Shown here one piece after another: positions 19,321-20,000 of a DNA stretch of 20,000 nt; position 1 is the first letter of the stretch, and each line of letters opens with the position of its first letter. The position numbers were made by a program, and so were the translations under genes. The notes under the pieces were generated by a model. The model worked only from the letters and a program-made list of their open reading frames with translations, was not told the origin of the DNA and made no database searches. The DNA is from Trypethelium eluteriae (Eukaryota). The DNA is taken from contig JAVECL010000058.1 in assembly GCA_051942245.1 (NCBI GenBank), positions 48,059 through 68,058 of the forward strand, written 5' to 3'.

Positions 19321-20000
19321 ACCCAGGTTACTGACCGAAGGAGGCGAAGGCGATAAGGATGACGACGACGACGCAATCATCGTACGGCGTTGCCATGAAA
19401 AAGTTGGCCCTCTTGAACGTGGATTCGGGTAGGATACTGATGGCAGGGTTGAGAGGAAGGACGAGGGCAACCCAGAATGATATCTCTTTTCCAGTTCGGC
19501 AGTTGCGCACTGCCATCGACTCACTTGTTCCTCCCTAAGATATTGCGGCGATTGAAGAGGGAGAGGGGGCAAATTTGATGAATATTGATTTCTTCGGTTT
19601 TCTTCTCAGTCCTTGAAGCTCGGAAATGAGGTGATGGAGAGACCGTGTGCCTTGAAGCATAGACAGCCAAGGTCCACGAGGGTGTCGGGTCCCTTAGCGG
19701 CGATTTGAGATTGCGATGAGCCGATTGTATGGCTAGAGGTCAAGAATGAGGCCTCTCGACAGTCGTGACTTGCATCTTAGGAGGGAAGACCAGGAATGAA
19801 GCAGAAGCACAACAGCAGACTCGTGAAGCTGATGCTGTAATAGAATTCTGTAGACCACACATCTTCACATTAGGCAACGTAATTGGGCGGAAGCCCCTAA
19901 TATCGACAGCCCTTCATTTAAAAAGCCTATCTGAAACACAAACCTAACGTACAGACTCTCTTCTTCCCCCCCAATCTCCTCCACCTTCCCCCCTCAAACT

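Noticed and set aside
19064..19572. Minus-strand ORFs rich in His, Ile, Phe or Ser
   Set aside because: They are artefacts of the GAA/GAT repeat encoding the acidic tail of the RBR ligase.
1..20000. CRISPR arrays, tRNA/rRNA genes, transposons
   Set aside because: I saw no regularly spaced repeats, RNA gene signatures, terminal repeats or transposase/RT motifs by eye.

Overview
This is intron-containing genomic DNA from a filamentous ascomycete (short GT-AG introns with CTRAY-type branch points, a Zn2Cys6 factor, a HET-like protein). Nine protein-coding genes were reconstructed by hand. In order: an SDR oxidoreductase (+), a membrane-anchored HET-like domain protein (+), a 4-exon Zn(II)2Cys6 transcription factor (-), a 5-exon secreted SGNH/GDSL (CE16-like) esterase (+), a Ser/Thr-rich single-pass membrane protein (+), three tandem divergent SUMO-like genes (+) and an RBR (RING1-IBR-RING2) E3 ligase (+). 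The main observation is the SUMO-like triplet at 12299-15158, which the ORF track hides because each gene has a phase-0 intron at the same position, one of them GC-AG. After splicing, the three proteins end differently: no di-Gly (A), an exposed terminal GG (B), and GG plus a short propeptide (C). A possible decayed fourth copy follows, then the RBR ligase. Fungi normally have one SUMO gene, so this could be a lineage-specific ubiquitin-like modification locus. All gene models are manual and not confirmed by transcripts or database searches.
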